64,000 nt of DNA from Mycobacterium sp. (GCA_020438845.1 JAGQTV010000045.1:16235-80234); one strand, 5' to 3'. Shown: positions 30,461 through 41,809, counted from the stretch's first letter. The notes: generated by a model from the sequence alone, not told the origin. A program made the numbers and translations.

Positions 30461-31860
30461 CAGGGGGCACCCTGGCCAAGTAGCGTCCACTGCGGCCCGT
30501 CGGCGGTGTCGGTCACCTCGATGCCGGCCGCTTTGAGGCGATCGCGGATCGCGTCGGCCGCGGCCCAGTCACGACTGCGGCGGGCTTCACTGCGGCGCTC
30601 CAGTTCGGCTCCCGCAAGCACATCGAGTGCAGCCAGCGCCGATGCGGTCTCGTCACGGGTCTCCCAACGTTCATTGAGCGGATCACAACCGAGAATCGCT
30701 GTCATCGACCGTATCTCACCAGCCTTCGCCAGCGCAGTGTCGTGGTCGCCGGCCTCGAGCGCGCGGTTGCCCTCCGCTCGCGTGGCGTGAATCTCCGCCA
30801 AGGCCGCCGGCACTGCCAGATCGTCATCCAGTGCCGCGGCGAACTTCGGAGTCCATGTCGTGGGAACCACCGCCCCCACCCGGGTGCGCACTCGGTGCAG
30901 GAACTCCTCGATGCCGGTGTACGCCCTGGCCGCGTCCTGCAGAGCGGTCTCGGTGAACTCCAGCATTGACCGATAGTGGGCGCTGCCAAGGTAGTAGCGC
31001 AACTCTGCCGGCCGGACCCGTTGTAAGACAGCGGGAATCGCCAGCACGTTGCCCAATGACTTGCTCATCTTCTCGCCGCCCATCGTGACCCAGCCGTTGT
31101 GCAGCCAGAGCCGGGCGAAGCCGTCGCCGGCGGCCTGCGCCTGGGCGATTTCATTCTCGTGGTGCGGGAAAACCAAATCCATTCCACCGCAGTGGATATC
31201 GAATTCCGAACCGAGATATTCGTGGGCCATCGCCACACACTCGGAGTGCCATCCCGGGCGGCCCCGGCCCCACGGCGTCGGCCACGATGGCTCGCCGGGT
31301 TTGGCGCCCTTCCACAGGGTGAAGTCACGCTGGTCACGTTTCCCCGCCCCGACGCCCTCACCCTGGTGGACGTCGTCAATCCGGTGGCCGGACAGCTTTC
31401 CGTACGCAGGGAAGCTCACGACGTCGAAGTAGACGTCGCCGCCGCCGGTATAGGCGTGACCGGTGTCAACCAGGCGCTCTATCAGTTCGACGATTTGAGT
31501 GATGTGCCCGGTGGCGCGTGGCTCCGCCGACGGAGGTAGCACCCCCAGAGCGTCGTAGGCGGCCGAAAATGCCCGTTCATGGGTGGCGGCCCATTCCCAC
31601 CAGGGCCGACCGGCCTCAGCGGCCTTGATCAGAATCTTGTCGTCGATGTCGGTGACGTTGCGGATGAAGGCCACGTCCAGGCCTTTGGCCATGAGCCAGC
31701 GGCGCAGGACGTCGAAAGCAACGCCGCTGCGGATGTGCCCGATGTGCGGCACGCTCTGCACGGTGGCGCCACAAAGATAGATCGACACGTGGCCGGGACG
31801 CAGCGGCACGAAGTCACGCATTCCACCGCTATAGGTGTCGTGCAGGCGCAGCTCGGTCAC
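30460..31860 (-). CDS. cysS: Cysteinyl-tRNA synthetase
   Basis: [28 protein letters not shown] and KMSKS motifs. Confidence 0.97.
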   Translation of the reverse strand: MTELRLHDTYSGGMRDFVPLRPGHVSIYLCGATVQSVPHIGHIRSGVAFDVLRRWLMAKGLDVAFIRNVTDIDDKILIKAAEAGRPWWEWAATHERAFSAAYDALGVLPPSAEPRATGHITQIVELIERLVDTGHAYTGGGDVYFDVVSFPAYGKLSGHRIDDVHQGEGVGAGKRDQRDFTLWKGAKPGEPSWPTPWGRGRPGWHSECVAMAHEYLGSEFDIHCGGMDLVFPHHENEIAQAQAAGDGFARLWLHNGWVTMGGEKMSKSLGNVLAIPAVLQRVRPAELRYYLGSAHYRSMLEFTETALQDAARAYTGIEEFLHRVRTRVGAVVPTTWTPKFAAALDDDLAVPAALAEIHATRAEGNRALEAGDHDTALAKAGEIRSMTAILGCDPLNERWETRDETASALAALDVLAGAELERRSEARRSRDWAAADAIRDRLKAAGIEVTDTADGPQWTLLGQGAP

Positions 31861-31871
31861 GACGAGGCAGT

Positions 31872-32351
31872 TTACCGGGAAAACTCAACGACCAACGCGG
31901 TGGCGACGGCGGCCATCCCCTCGCCTCGTCCGGTCAGGCCCAGCCCGTCCGTCGTCGTCGCCGACACCGAGACGGGCGCTCCCAGTATCTCGGACAGCAC
32001 CCGTTGGGCCTCGTCGCGATGGGGACCGACCTTCGGACGGTTGGCGATCACCTGAACCGCTGCGTTGCCCGGGGAGAATCCGCTTCGACCGAGCAGGTCC
32101 CGCACATGCGCGAGCATCTGCGCACCGGTGACCCCGCGCCACTGCGGTTGGTCCACGCCGAAAACCGAGCCCAAATCTCCCAATCCGGCCGCTGAGAGCA
32201 GCGCGTCACACAGGGCATGCACGGCCACGTCGCCGTCGGAATGCCCCGAGCAGCCGTCGGCGTCGTCGAACAGCAACCCCAACAGCCAGCACGGACGGCC
32301 GCGCTCGATCGGATGGACGTCGGTGCCGACGCCGACGCGGGGCAGGCTCAC
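31872..32351 (-). CDS. ispF: 2-C-methyl-D-erythritol 2,4-cyclodiphosphate synthase
   Basis: [20 protein letters not shown] and TTTDGLG motifs. Confidence 0.96.
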   Translation of the reverse strand: MSLPRVGVGTDVHPIERGRPCWLLGLLFDDADGCSGHSDGDVAVHALCDALLSAAGLGDLGSVFGVDQPQWRGVTGAQMLAHVRDLLGRSGFSPGNAAVQVIANRPKVGPHRDEAQRVLSEILGAPVSVSATTTDGLGLTGRGEGMAAVATALVVEFSR

Positions 32352-33010
32352 GCCGTCAGCACTGTCTGCGCCAGCCGCAGGTCCAGCGGCGTCGTGATCT
32401 TGAAGGCCAACGGGTCGCCGGGCACGGTGTGCACCGGGGTGCCAAGGTTCTCCACAAGGGAGGCGTCGTCGGTCACCGAGGCAGTCCCGGCTCGCTGGTA
32501 GGCCTGCAGCAGCAGATCGGTGTCGAAGCCCTGCGGTGTCTGGACCGCGCGAAGTCCGGCCCGGTCCGGTGTCCCGAGCACCGTTCCATTGGAGTCGACG
32601 GCTTTGATGGTGTCGGCGACCGGCAACACCGGGATGACGGCGCGGAGGCCCTGGCGCAGCGCCGTGACGACCCGTCGAATCTGATCGGCGGGCGTCAAGG
32701 GGCGGGCGGCGTCGTGGACCAGGACGAATTCCGAATCGCCGGCAGCATTGAGAGCAGCGCGGACGCTGTCATAACGCTCGGCGCCGCCCTCGACGACGCG
32801 GGCGCGCCCGTCGAGCAGTGCCGAGGTCTCGCCGAGACGATCTGCCGGTGCAGCAACAACGACGCGGTCGATAACGCCGGAGGAGAGCAGGCCGTCGACT
32901 GCATGCTCAAGGATGGTGCGACCGCCGAGCATCACGAATGCTTTCGGAATACCAGCACCAAGGCGCTCACCACTACCTGCTGCGGTGACTACCGCAACTG
33001 TGTCTGACAC
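32348..33010 (-). CDS. ispD: 2-C-methyl-D-erythritol 4-phosphate cytidylyltransferase
   Basis: [26 protein letters not shown] and TDD motifs. Confidence 0.96.
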   Translation of the reverse strand: MSDTVAVVTAAGSGERLGAGIPKAFVMLGGRTILEHAVDGLLSSGVIDRVVVAAPADRLGETSALLDGRARVVEGGAERYDSVRAALNAAGDSEFVLVHDAARPLTPADQIRRVVTALRQGLRAVIPVLPVADTIKAVDSNGTVLGTPDRAGLRAVQTPQGFDTDLLLQAYQRAGTASVTDDASLVENLGTPVHTVPGDPLAFKITTPLDLRLAQTVLTA

Positions 33011-33015
33011 CGAGG

Positions 33016-33714
<699 letters not shown>

Positions 33715-33724
33715 CTACTACTGT

Positions 33725-33761
33725 GCATAGTTGAACCGCGGAAGGCATAGTCGAACCGCGG
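33725..33761. repeat. 17-bp direct repeat, 20-bp period, upstream of lpqE
   Basis: GCATAGTTGAACCGCGG-AAG-GCATAGTCGAACCGCGG. Confidence 0.8.
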
Positions 33762-33802
33762 TGGCTTCACCGTTCCGACCGCAAGGCCCTCAGGAGGCTA
33801 CT

Positions 33803-34324
33803 GTGAACCGCTTGACGAACCGCCTCGTCGCTGCGACCGCCGGACTGGCAGCGTGCGGGTTGCTGATCACCGGTTGCGGATCGGGGCAGATCTCCCAGAC
33901 CGCCGATCAGGAATCGGCTGTGAACGGGATGTCGGCGAACGTCAAGTCCATCGCACTGCGCAACGTCCACCTGCAGGCGACCCAGACCAGTGACTTCCTG
34001 CAGCCGGGCCGGATCGTGCCGCTGCTCTTCGTGGCTGCCAACGATTCCGCCGACGTGAACGACAAACTGGTCGGCATCACCTCTGAGTTCGGCAAGGTGG
34101 CCCTGACCGGTGACACGAGCATCCCGGCCGGTGGCGCGCTGGTTGCCGGAGCCGGTGAGGGAGCCGCCCAGGCGATGGGGGCCGCGACGCCCGTGACGGC
34201 GTTGGTGACGTTGACCGACGAGGTCACCAACGGTTTGGCGTACAACTTCACCTTCGACTTCGAGAAGGCCGGGAAGACCACCGTCGCGGTTCCGATCGCG
34301 GCCGGCGAGCCCACGAAGAGCTAA
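33803..34324 (+). CDS. lpqE: Lipoprotein LpqE
   Basis: RBS CAGGAGG then GTG at 33803; lipobox ITGC-GSGQISQTA..ESAVNG; divergent from carD as in Rv3584. Confidence 0.85.
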   Translation: MNRLTNRLVAATAGLAACGLLITGCGSGQISQTADQESAVNGMSANVKSIALRNVHLQATQTSDFLQPGRIVPLLFVAANDSADVNDKLVGITSEFGKVALTGDTSIPAGGALVAGAGEGAAQAMGAATPVTALVTLTDEVTNGLAYNFTFDFEKAGKTTVAVPIAAGEPTKS

Positions 34325-34382
34325 CGTCTCATCCCGACACGTCATTCAGCCGGGCAGCAGTGGCCCGGGGCCATCGCCTCGT

Positions 34383-35324
34383 TCACGGCGCAGCCAAGGC
34401 TTCCTTGACGTCCACCCGTAGGCCGGTCTCCCGTTCGGCGACCTGCCACAGGGCCGCAACAGCGGCATTGCTACCGGGCCGGATCAGCGGCTTGAGGACC
34501 GGGGGACCGTTGGTCACAAACAGTGGCCCGTAAAACCCGCCGCCGGGCGCCTTCGGATCGACTGCAGCACGCAACTGGCTGAGCGCTCCATAATCGGTCG
34601 ACATTCCCGCCGCCTTGGTCCACCTCTCGAAAAAGTTACTGAGACGAGCGGCCCCGCCGTGTGCTTGGGCCGTGGTGGTCTGCAGATCGGAGTTCGTCAT
34701 TCCCGGCTGGGCGGACAGAGCCTTGGCATTCACTCCGGCCTGATCGAATTGGGCTTGCAGGCCGACGGCGAGGTGGCGCATCGCCAACTTGGTTTGGCCG
34801 TACATGCGCCACTCCTCGAAGTTCTCGCGCATGTGCGGGTCAGCAGGGTTGATCGCACGACCCATGTGCTGGGCGGTGCTCGACAGGGTCACCACTCGCG
34901 CACCAGGCGTCGCGACCACGATGGGCAGCAGATGTGCGATCAGAGCCCAGTGACCGAGCACGTTGATGCCCATCTGGGTATCGAAACCGTCCACTGTCGT
35001 GCCCTGCGGCATGGCCATCACGCCGGCGTTGCACATCAGGATGTCGATGCGGTCATGCGTGGCCGCGATCGCCTCGGCGGCGGCCTTGACTGAAGCCAGC
35101 GAGCCGAGATCGAGTTCCACGATCTCCAGCGATGCCTGCGGGTGAGCGGCGAGGATCTCCTGACGCGCATCGGCGGCCTTGGCCTGGTTGCGGACCGCCA
35201 TCACCACATGAGCGCCGTGACCGGCCAGTTCCTTGGCGGACGCGAGCCCGAGCCCGCCGTTGGCGCCGGTGACAACGGCAACCTTTCCGTGCAGATCCGG
35301 GATATCCTTCGTCGACCAGCTCAT
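34383..35324 (-). CDS. Retinol-dehydrogenase-like short-chain oxidoreductase
   Basis: MSWSTKDIPDLHGKVAVVTGANGGLG, NAGVMA and YGQTK motifs. Confidence 0.85.
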   Translation of the reverse strand: MSWSTKDIPDLHGKVAVVTGANGGLGLASAKELAGHGAHVVMAVRNQAKAADARQEILAAHPQASLEIVELDLGSLASVKAAAEAIAATHDRIDILMCNAGVMAMPQGTTVDGFDTQMGINVLGHWALIAHLLPIVVATPGARVVTLSSTAQHMGRAINPADPHMRENFEEWRMYGQTKLAMRHLAVGLQAQFDQAGVNAKALSAQPGMTNSDLQTTTAQAHGGAARLSNFFERWTKAAGMSTDYGALSQLRAAVDPKAPGGGFYGPLFVTNGPPVLKPLIRPGSNAAVAALWQVAERETGLRVDVKEALAAP

Positions 35325-35522
35325 GGCATTCCTCAATCTTGTGGGGCCGTCGCCGACCCGGTACCGGTTGGGTGACGTGGGAAATCCTTCCCATCTGAAA
35401 CATACGGCGTCATCCCCGCCGGCGCTGTCGCAGAAATCGCCCTTTCTCCCGCACTGCACGACTTGAGAATCCGCGGGCGTCTCGTGCTTCGAACCGTGTC
35501 GGAGCCGCTAGAACGGAATCGA

Positions 35523-35544
35523 TGTCGGACCCAACGGCTAGCGT
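35523..35544 (+). promoter_or_regulatory. PafBC (RecA-NDp) DNA-damage promoter of radA
   Basis: TGTCGGAC-8 nt-TAGCGT fits tTGTCRgtg-N8-TAnnnT; 7 nt to GTG (leaderless); radA is a known member of this regulon. Confidence 0.8.
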
Positions 35545-35551
35545 CAGCCGG

Positions 35552-36958
35552 GTGGCCAAGGTTCGCTCCCAGTTTCGGTGCTCGGAATGCCGTCATGTGA
35601 TGACGAAGTGGGTCGGGCGCTGCCCGGACTGCGGCACCTGGGGCACCATCGAGGAGAACATCTTCGCTGCTGCCGCTTCAGGTCTCACACAGCGGGCTGC
35701 GGCACCATTGACGCCCGCCGTGCGAATCAGCGCGATCGATCCGGAACATACCCGCCACTTCCCTACCGGTGTCGGCGAACTCGATCGGGTGCTCGGTGGC
35801 GGGATCGTTCCTGGGTCCGTGACTCTGCTGGCCGGGGATCCCGGCATCGGCAAATCCACCCTCCTGCTCGAGGTGGCTCAGCATTGGGCCGAATCGGGCC
35901 GGCGGTCGCTGTACGTCTCGGGTGAGGAATCTGCCGGTCAGATCCGCATGCGTGCCGAACGCACAGGATGCCGGCACGACGAAGTGTTCCTGGCTGCAGA
36001 GTCGGACGCGCAGACCGTGCTGGGGCACATCGACGCCGTCAAGCCCACTCTGGTGGTCGTCGACTCGATCCAGACCATGACCGCAGCCGATGCTGACGGA
36101 GTTGCGGGCGGTGTCACCCAGGTGCGCGCGGTGACGGCGGCACTGACGGCCGCCGCGAAATCCACCGGGGTGGCGATGGTGATGGTCGGGCACGTCACCA
36201 AAGACGGGTCCATCGCCGGCCCGAGGACTTTGGAACATCTGGTCGATGTCGTTCTGCAGTTCGAAGGGGACCGGAACACCCCGATCAGAATGGTCCGCGG
36301 AGTCAAGAATCGCTTCGGCCCAGCCGATGAGGTCGGCTGCTTTCTGCTGCACGAGAACGGCATCGCGGGCGTAGCCGATCCATCCGGTCTGTTCCTCGAC
36401 CAGCGGGAGAATCCCGTTCCCGGGACAGCCGTCACGGTAACCCTCGATGGCAAGCGTCCCCTGCTCGGCGAGATTCAGGCCCTGCTGACCCCACCGCCGT
36501 ATGACAAAGCGCCGCGCCGCATCGTCGTAAGCGGTATGGACCAGTCCCGCGTCGCCATGATCACCGCGGTGTTGGAGAAGCGCGCCGGGGTACCACTCGG
36601 CATGCTCGATCTCTACCTGTCGACAGTTGGCGGGATGCGGCTCACCGATCCGTCCTCAGACCTGGCGATAGCTGCGGCGATGGCCTCCGCTGTCATCGAC
36701 CGAGCATTGCCCCCGACTCTGGTGGTGTTCGGCGAGGTGGGACTGGCCGGCGACCTGCGGCGCGTCGCCGGGATGGACCGCAGACTGGCTGAGGCCGCCC
36801 GGATGGGATTCTCCGAGGCGGTCGTCCCCGCAGGTTGTGGGAAGCCGCCCGAAGGAATCCGCGCGCTGGAGTCGGCCACCGTCAACGATGCTCTACGAGC
36901 CGTCCTTGCGCTGGCCGGGACGTCGCCGAGCATTCCAGCCGGCAAAGGCGTCCGGTAA
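35552..36958 (+). CDS. radA: DNA repair protein RadA/Sms
   Basis: C4 zinc finger CSEC...CPDC, Walker [14 protein letters not shown] motif and Lon-like C-terminus. Confidence 0.96.
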   Translation: MAKVRSQFRCSECRHVMTKWVGRCPDCGTWGTIEENIFAAAASGLTQRAAAPLTPAVRISAIDPEHTRHFPTGVGELDRVLGGGIVPGSVTLLAGDPGIGKSTLLLEVAQHWAESGRRSLYVSGEESAGQIRMRAERTGCRHDEVFLAAESDAQTVLGHIDAVKPTLVVVDSIQTMTAADADGVAGGVTQVRAVTAALTAAAKSTGVAMVMVGHVTKDGSIAGPRTLEHLVDVVLQFEGDRNTPIRMVRGVKNRFGPADEVGCFLLHENGIAGVADPSGLFLDQRENPVPGTAVTVTLDGKRPLLGEIQALLTPPPYDKAPRRIVVSGMDQSRVAMITAVLEKRAGVPLGMLDLYLSTVGGMRLTDPSSDLAIAAAMASAVIDRALPPTLVVFGEVGLAGDLRRVAGMDRRLAEAARMGFSEAVVPAGCGKPPEGIRALESATVNDALRAVLALAGTSPSIPAGKGVR

Positions 36959-36963
36959 GGCGC

Positions 36964-37737
36964 TCAGCCTGCAGCGGCGGGGGCGGGCTCGTTATTCGTG
37001 TTTTCCTCGGTGGCGGGTCCCGGGGCCGACTCAGTGGGTGCAGATTCCTCCGACGCTGGCGGCGGGCCATCGGCGAGGGTGAACGGCACCGCGGCCGACC
37101 TCAGATTGCCCAATTGGACGACCAGGTTGTAGGTGCCGGGTCCGATCGGCTCGCGAGGCAACGGGCATTGCGGAGCAGACCCCATACCGGTCCAGGTGAC
37201 CTCTGTGGTCACCTGCTCGCCCGGCTCGAAGGTCTTGACCAGGGTTTCGTTGGAAGGCGCACAATCCAGGTTGGACCAGAGCCGATTGTTGTCCAGGGAG
37301 TAGACGTAGGCGGCCAGGACAGCGGCGCCGACGTCGCGCTTGCAGGCGACGAGGCCGATGTTGGTGACGACCATGGTGAACTTCGGCTGGTCGCCGACGA
37401 CGTATTGCGGTGCGTTGGTCACGCCCTTCACCGCCAGGTTCGAGTCCGGGCAGTCAGCGCCGGCTTGCAGTACCGGCGGCGGCTCCACGGCCGAAGTTGG
37501 AGTCGGGGTGGGCGCAGGACTTGAAGCGGCGGGGGGAAGCACCGGCGTCTTGTCCTCCGGCTGCGGGGCCTGACTGGTGTCCGTCTTCGCGGTGGTGGCG
37601 GAGTCCGAGTTGCTGAAGACAGCGATCGCAACCCCGACCACTATGGCGACGACCAGCGCCGCAATGCCAAGCGCCAATCCTCGGCGTCGCCAATAAATTT
37701 GGGACGGCAGCGGTCCATGCGGTTCGAGATCCAGCAC
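36964..37737 (-). CDS. Rv3587c-like membrane-anchored protein
   Basis: VLDLEPHGPLPSQIYWRRR, one TM segment, WSNLDCAP and WTGMGSAPQCP; synteny. Confidence 0.85.
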   Translation of the reverse strand: MLDLEPHGPLPSQIYWRRRGLALGIAALVVAIVVGVAIAVFSNSDSATTAKTDTSQAPQPEDKTPVLPPAASSPAPTPTPTSAVEPPPVLQAGADCPDSNLAVKGVTNAPQYVVGDQPKFTMVVTNIGLVACKRDVGAAVLAAYVYSLDNNRLWSNLDCAPSNETLVKTFEPGEQVTTEVTWTGMGSAPQCPLPREPIGPGTYNLVVQLGNLRSAAVPFTLADGPPPASEESAPTESAPGPATEENTNNEPAPAAAG

Positions 37738-37810
37738 GTTCTCAAGGTAATCCCAGGTCACGGTAACTTGTCCGACCGCGCCCGGCGTGTCGCCTTGTTT
37801 GCTGCCGGCG

Positions 37811-38455
37811 CTAGTGCACGGCGACTTCGTCCCGTTGGGGCTCACCGATGTCACCGAGGTACTCGCGCAATACGATCCGGCCGTCGGCGAGGTGATAGGT
37901 GACACCGACGATGGCCAATTCGCCGCGCTTGACGCGGTCGGCGATCTCGACCGACCTCGACAACAGCAGGATGCCGGTCTCGATGACGTGACGGGCCTCG
38001 AACTCGTCGACCCGAGTGAGCCCGTCCCGGCGAGCCAGCATGATCGACGGCGTCACCCGCTCGACGACATCGCGGATGAAGCCGCTTGGCACCTCCCCGC
38101 AGTCGAGCGCCGCAAGTGTCGCCCCGACCGCCCCACAGCTGTCATGGCCCAGCACCACGATGAGTGGGACCTCGAGAACGCTCACCGCATATTCAATGGA
38201 GCCCAGGACCGCAGAGTCGATGACGTGGCCCGCGGTGCGGACCACGAACATGTCGCCCAAACCCTGGTCGAAGATGATCTCGGCCGCCACCCGGCTGTCG
38301 GCACAGCCGAACACCACCGCCGTTGGCTGCTGCGCGACGGCAAGACCTGCTCGGTGCTCGATGCTCTGACTGGGATGCTCCGGAGAACCGGCGACGAACC
38401 GCTCGTTACCCTCTTTGAGTGCCATCCATGCTTGGGCCGGGGTGCTTTTCGACAT
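37811..38455 (-). CDS. canB: Beta-class carbonic anhydrase
   Basis: GCADSRV and GHDSCGA Zn ligands. Confidence 0.92.
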   Translation of the reverse strand: MSKSTPAQAWMALKEGNERFVAGSPEHPSQSIEHRAGLAVAQQPTAVVFGCADSRVAAEIIFDQGLGDMFVVRTAGHVIDSAVLGSIEYAVSVLEVPLIVVLGHDSCGAVGATLAALDCGEVPSGFIRDVVERVTPSIMLARRDGLTRVDEFEARHVIETGILLLSRSVEIADRVKRGELAIVGVTYHLADGRIVLREYLGDIGEPQRDEVAVH

Positions 38456-38523
38456 GGCCAACATTGTGCACTGCTATCGCCGGGCTGGCGAGAAGTGCAG
38501 CCTAGAGGCCAAATGAGCGCCGG

Positions 38524-39435
38524 ATGAGCATCGCCGCCGATGAACTCCTCGGTTGGTACGGCCGGTCCAAGCGGGACCTGCCCTGGCGGGCTGTCGGCGT
38601 GAGCGCGTGGCAGATTCTGGTCAGCGAGTTCATGTTGCAGCAGACGCCGGTGGCGCGGGTAGTGCCGATCTGGCTGGACTGGGTAGCCCGTTGGCCGACA
38701 CCGTCTGCGACGGCGGCGGCTAGCCCTGCCGACGTGTTGCGGGCTTGGGGCAAGCTCGGCTACCCACGACGGGCCAAACGGCTGCATGAGTGCGCGACGG
38801 TGGTGGCCACCCAGTACGACGACACCGTGCCCGATGATGTCGACACCTTGCTGGGCCTGCCGGGGGTCGGGGCCTACACCGCCCGGGCGGTGGCGTGCTT
38901 CGCCTACGGCAAGTCGGTACCGGTTGTCGACACCAACGTCCGGCGGGTCGTCGCCCGAGCAGTCCACGGCCTTGCTGACGCCGGTAATCCCGCCACGGTG
39001 CGCGACCACGCCGAAGTGACCGCCCTACTACCGGAAGATGCTCTGGCGCCGGCGTTTTCTGCGGCACTGATGGAATTGGGCGCAACGGTGTGCACTGCCC
39101 GCGCCCCCAGATGCGGGGCCTGCCCGCTCACCGTGTGCGCATGGCGTGATTCCGGCTGGCCGGCCGGGGAGGCTCCGACTCGACGGGCCCAGCCCTACGC
39201 CGGCACCGACCGACAGGTCCGTGGGAAGTTGCTCGACGTCCTGCGCACCAACACCGGGCCCGTTTCACGAGCCGAACTGGATGTTGCCTGGCTGACCGAC
39301 ACCGCACAACGCGACCGCGCATTGGGCTCGCTTCTCGTCGACGGGCTCGTGGAGCAGACGATCGACGGCCGATTCGCCCTAGCAGGCGAAGGCGACGATG
39401 CGGGCCGCCAGGCCCGAGGAGAAGCCGAGCCGTAA
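38524..39435 (+). CDS. mutY: A/G-specific adenine glycosylase
   Basis: SEFMLQQT, HhH LPGVGAYTA, VDTNV and CTARAPRCGACPLTVC cluster motif. Confidence 0.95.
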   Translation: MSIAADELLGWYGRSKRDLPWRAVGVSAWQILVSEFMLQQTPVARVVPIWLDWVARWPTPSATAAASPADVLRAWGKLGYPRRAKRLHECATVVATQYDDTVPDDVDTLLGLPGVGAYTARAVACFAYGKSVPVVDTNVRRVVARAVHGLADAGNPATVRDHAEVTALLPEDALAPAFSAALMELGATVCTARAPRCGACPLTVCAWRDSGWPAGEAPTRRAQPYAGTDRQVRGKLLDVLRTNTGPVSRAELDVAWLTDTAQRDRALGSLLVDGLVEQTIDGRFALAGEGDDAGRQARGEAEP

Positions 39436-39546
39436 AAACCGAAGGCGACGATGCGGGCCCCCAGGCCCGAGGAGAAGCCGAGCCGTAAAAACCGAAGGCG
39501 ACGATGCGGGCCCCCAGGCCCGAGGAGAAGCCGAGCAGTAATAACC
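39388..39546. repeat. 53-bp tandem repeat x3 (MIRU/VNTR-like) overlapping the mutY 3' end
   Basis: Unit GAAGGCGACGATGCGGGCC(G/C)CCAGGCCCGAGGAGAAGCCGAGCCGTAAAAACC starting at 39388, 39441 and 39494; internal CGGGCC/GGCCCG hairpin. Confidence 0.92.
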
Positions 39547-39651
39547 GCAGGTTGATCGTTATTAGCTACAGCAACGCGCACTTCGGATAGCCCCAATAAC
39601 TTAGTTGGTATCCTCATAAGTCAAATCAGGCGAGCGGGGCAGAGCTGAATC

Positions 39652-40647
39652 GTGACTTCCAAACGTGCGTTAATCACGGGTGTGACCGGCCAGGATGGCT
39701 CATACCTTGCGGAGCTCCTGCTGGCCAAAGGATACGAGGTGCACGGCGTAATCCGCCGCGCATCGAGCTTCAACACCCAAAGGTTGAACGGCATCTACGT
39801 CGATCCCCACACCAAAGCGGCACGGTTTTTTCTGCACTACGGCGAGATGATGGATGGCCCTCGCCTGACCTCGCTGTTAGCTGAAGTGCAGCCGGATGAG
39901 ATCTACCATCTTGCGGCTCAATCCCATGTCCGGGTCAGCTTCGAGGAGCCTGAATTCACCTCTTCGACGACTGGCGTCGGAACACTTCGGCTCCTGGAGG
40001 CGATCCGGCAACTCGGACTGGACGCCCGCTTCTACCAGGCGTCCAGTTCTGAGATGTTCGGATCCTCACCACCTCCGCAGAACGAAGACACCCCGTTCCA
40101 CCCGCGTTCTCCATATGGTGTGGCGAAGCTGTTTGGGTACTGGTCGGCCTGCAACTACCGCGATGCTTACGGAATTCACGCGGTCAACGGGATCCTTTTC
40201 AACCACGAGTCGCCCCGACGGGGCGAGACATTCGTGACGCGGAAGATCACTCGCGCGGTAGCCCGCATCCAGGCGGGCTTGGATGACACCCTGTGGCTCG
40301 GAAACATCGACGCAGTCCGGGACTGGGGCTACGCGCCGGACTATGTCGAGGGCATCTGGCGGATGCTGCAGCACGACGACCCGATGGACTACGTGCTGGC
40401 CACGGGAGTGGGCAGGTCGGTCCGGGATTTCCTTGTGCTGGCCTTCGACCGGGTCGGCCTGGACTGGGAGAAGTACGTTCGCTTCGACGACCGATATCGC
40501 CGACCCGCTGAAGTCGATGCCTTGATAGGGGACGCATCGCGGGCGAAGGACATACTGGGCTGGAAGCCACGGGTTGAGCTACCCGAGTTGGTTTCGATAA
40601 TGGTGGACGCCGATATCAAGGCGCTCGAATCCGGACAGCTGACCTGA
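39652..40647 (+). CDS. gmd: GDP-mannose 4,6-dehydratase
   Basis: [50 protein letters not shown] and RDWG motifs. Confidence 0.95.
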   Translation: MTSKRALITGVTGQDGSYLAELLLAKGYEVHGVIRRASSFNTQRLNGIYVDPHTKAARFFLHYGEMMDGPRLTSLLAEVQPDEIYHLAAQSHVRVSFEEPEFTSSTTGVGTLRLLEAIRQLGLDARFYQASSSEMFGSSPPPQNEDTPFHPRSPYGVAKLFGYWSACNYRDAYGIHAVNGILFNHESPRRGETFVTRKITRAVARIQAGLDDTLWLGNIDAVRDWGYAPDYVEGIWRMLQHDDPMDYVLATGVGRSVRDFLVLAFDRVGLDWEKYVRFDDRYRRPAEVDALIGDASRAKDILGWKPRVELPELVSIMVDADIKALESGQLT

Positions 40648-40665
40648 TCTGAAGCCATCCTGCGG

Positions 40666-41457
40666 TCAATCGGACCTGAACCACAAGGCATCTAAGAAGG
40701 CTTCAACGGCTTCCCGGTAGATCTCCGGGGCTTCGTCGTGCACCAGGTGGCCTGCCCCGGGGACCCTGACGTAGGTCGCGCGATCGCCGGCAATCTCCAG
40801 CATTCGCTGCATCTGTCCGGGTGGTGCAACCGAATTCTCCGCCTCGATCAACAGAACCGGCGCCCGCACCGCCCGCCACTGCCGCCAGTAGTCCCGAGTA
40901 CCCCATTCAGCAGCTATCGCTAACCACCTCTGTGGCCTTCCGTGTAATCGCCACCCGGTTTCCGTCCGGTCGAAGGCCTCCAGAAAGTACCGGCCCGCCG
41001 CGGGTCCGAATTCTGCGCAAACAGCTTCCGCTGATTCGTATTCGGCGGGCAGGGCGTGCACCCACGGCTCCCAGGGACCTGTCGTCCGGCCGACGAAGTC
41101 CGGCGCCATGTCCTCGACCACGACCGCATCTACCAGATCGGGGCGCTCGGCCGCCAGGCACCACGAGTGCAGAGCGCCCATCGAATGTCCGACCAGCACG
41201 GCCGGGCGGCCCAACTCCTCGACCGCCGCCCCTAGTTCGGCGAGGAAGCGCTCGGTGCTGATCGATTCGGCGTCCTCGATGTCGACGCCCCGGTGCCAGG
41301 GAGCGTCATAGGTGTACACGGCGCCACGGCGGGCCAGCCAGGGCAGCTGACGCGACCACGTGGTGCCGCGTCCCATCAGCCCATGCACGAGCACCAGCGG
41401 GCGCCCGGTCCCGCCGCGGTGCGTCAGCGCTGCTGCCGAGGATTCCGAGGAGGCCAC
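40666..41457 (-). CDS. Alpha/beta hydrolase (Rv3591c-like)
   Basis: HGLMGRG, GHSMG and GAGHLVH motifs; divergent from mhuD. Confidence 0.85.
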   Translation of the reverse strand: MASSESSAAALTHRGGTGRPLVLVHGLMGRGTTWSRQLPWLARRGAVYTYDAPWHRGVDIEDAESISTERFLAELGAAVEELGRPAVLVGHSMGALHSWCLAAERPDLVDAVVVEDMAPDFVGRTTGPWEPWVHALPAEYESAEAVCAEFGPAAGRYFLEAFDRTETGWRLHGRPQRWLAIAAEWGTRDYWRQWRAVRAPVLLIEAENSVAPPGQMQRMLEIAGDRATYVRVPGAGHLVHDEAPEIYREAVEAFLDALWFRSD

Positions 41458-41494
41458 CGGTTCATTGTCCCGGGGCGGCGGTAGCCTTGGGCCC

Positions 41495-41809
41495 ATGACC
41501 GTGGTGAAGATCAATGCAATCGAGGTACCTCCCGGCGCCGGCCCTGAACTCGAGAAGCGCTTCGCCCACCGGGCGCACGCTGTTGACAAGCAACCGGGAT
41601 TTCTCGGGTTCCAATTGCTTCGCCCGGTCAAGGGTGACGAACGCTATTTCGTGGTCACCCAGTGGGAGTCGGAGGAGGCTTTCCAAGCCTGGGTCAGCGG
41701 TCCGGCTATCCACGCTCACGCCGGCGAACGGGCCAACCCGGTGGCGACCGGCTCGCAGTTGCTCGAATTCGAGGTTGTGTTGGACGTTGGATCCGGCGCG
41801 GATAGCTAG
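41495..41809 (+). CDS. mhuD: Heme-degrading monooxygenase MhuD
   Basis: VVKINAIEVPPGAGPELEKRFAHRAHAV...AFQAW...HA matches remembered Rv3592; TAGCCT -10 hexamer 7 nt upstream. Confidence 0.93.
   Translation: MTVVKINAIEVPPGAGPELEKRFAHRAHAVDKQPGFLGFQLLRPVKGDERYFVVTQWESEEAFQAWVSGPAIHAHAGERANPVATGSQLLEFEVVLDVGSGADS

Noticed and set aside
39388-39546. CRISPR array
   Set aside because: The units are contiguous with no unique spacers and there are no cas genes; it is a VNTR.
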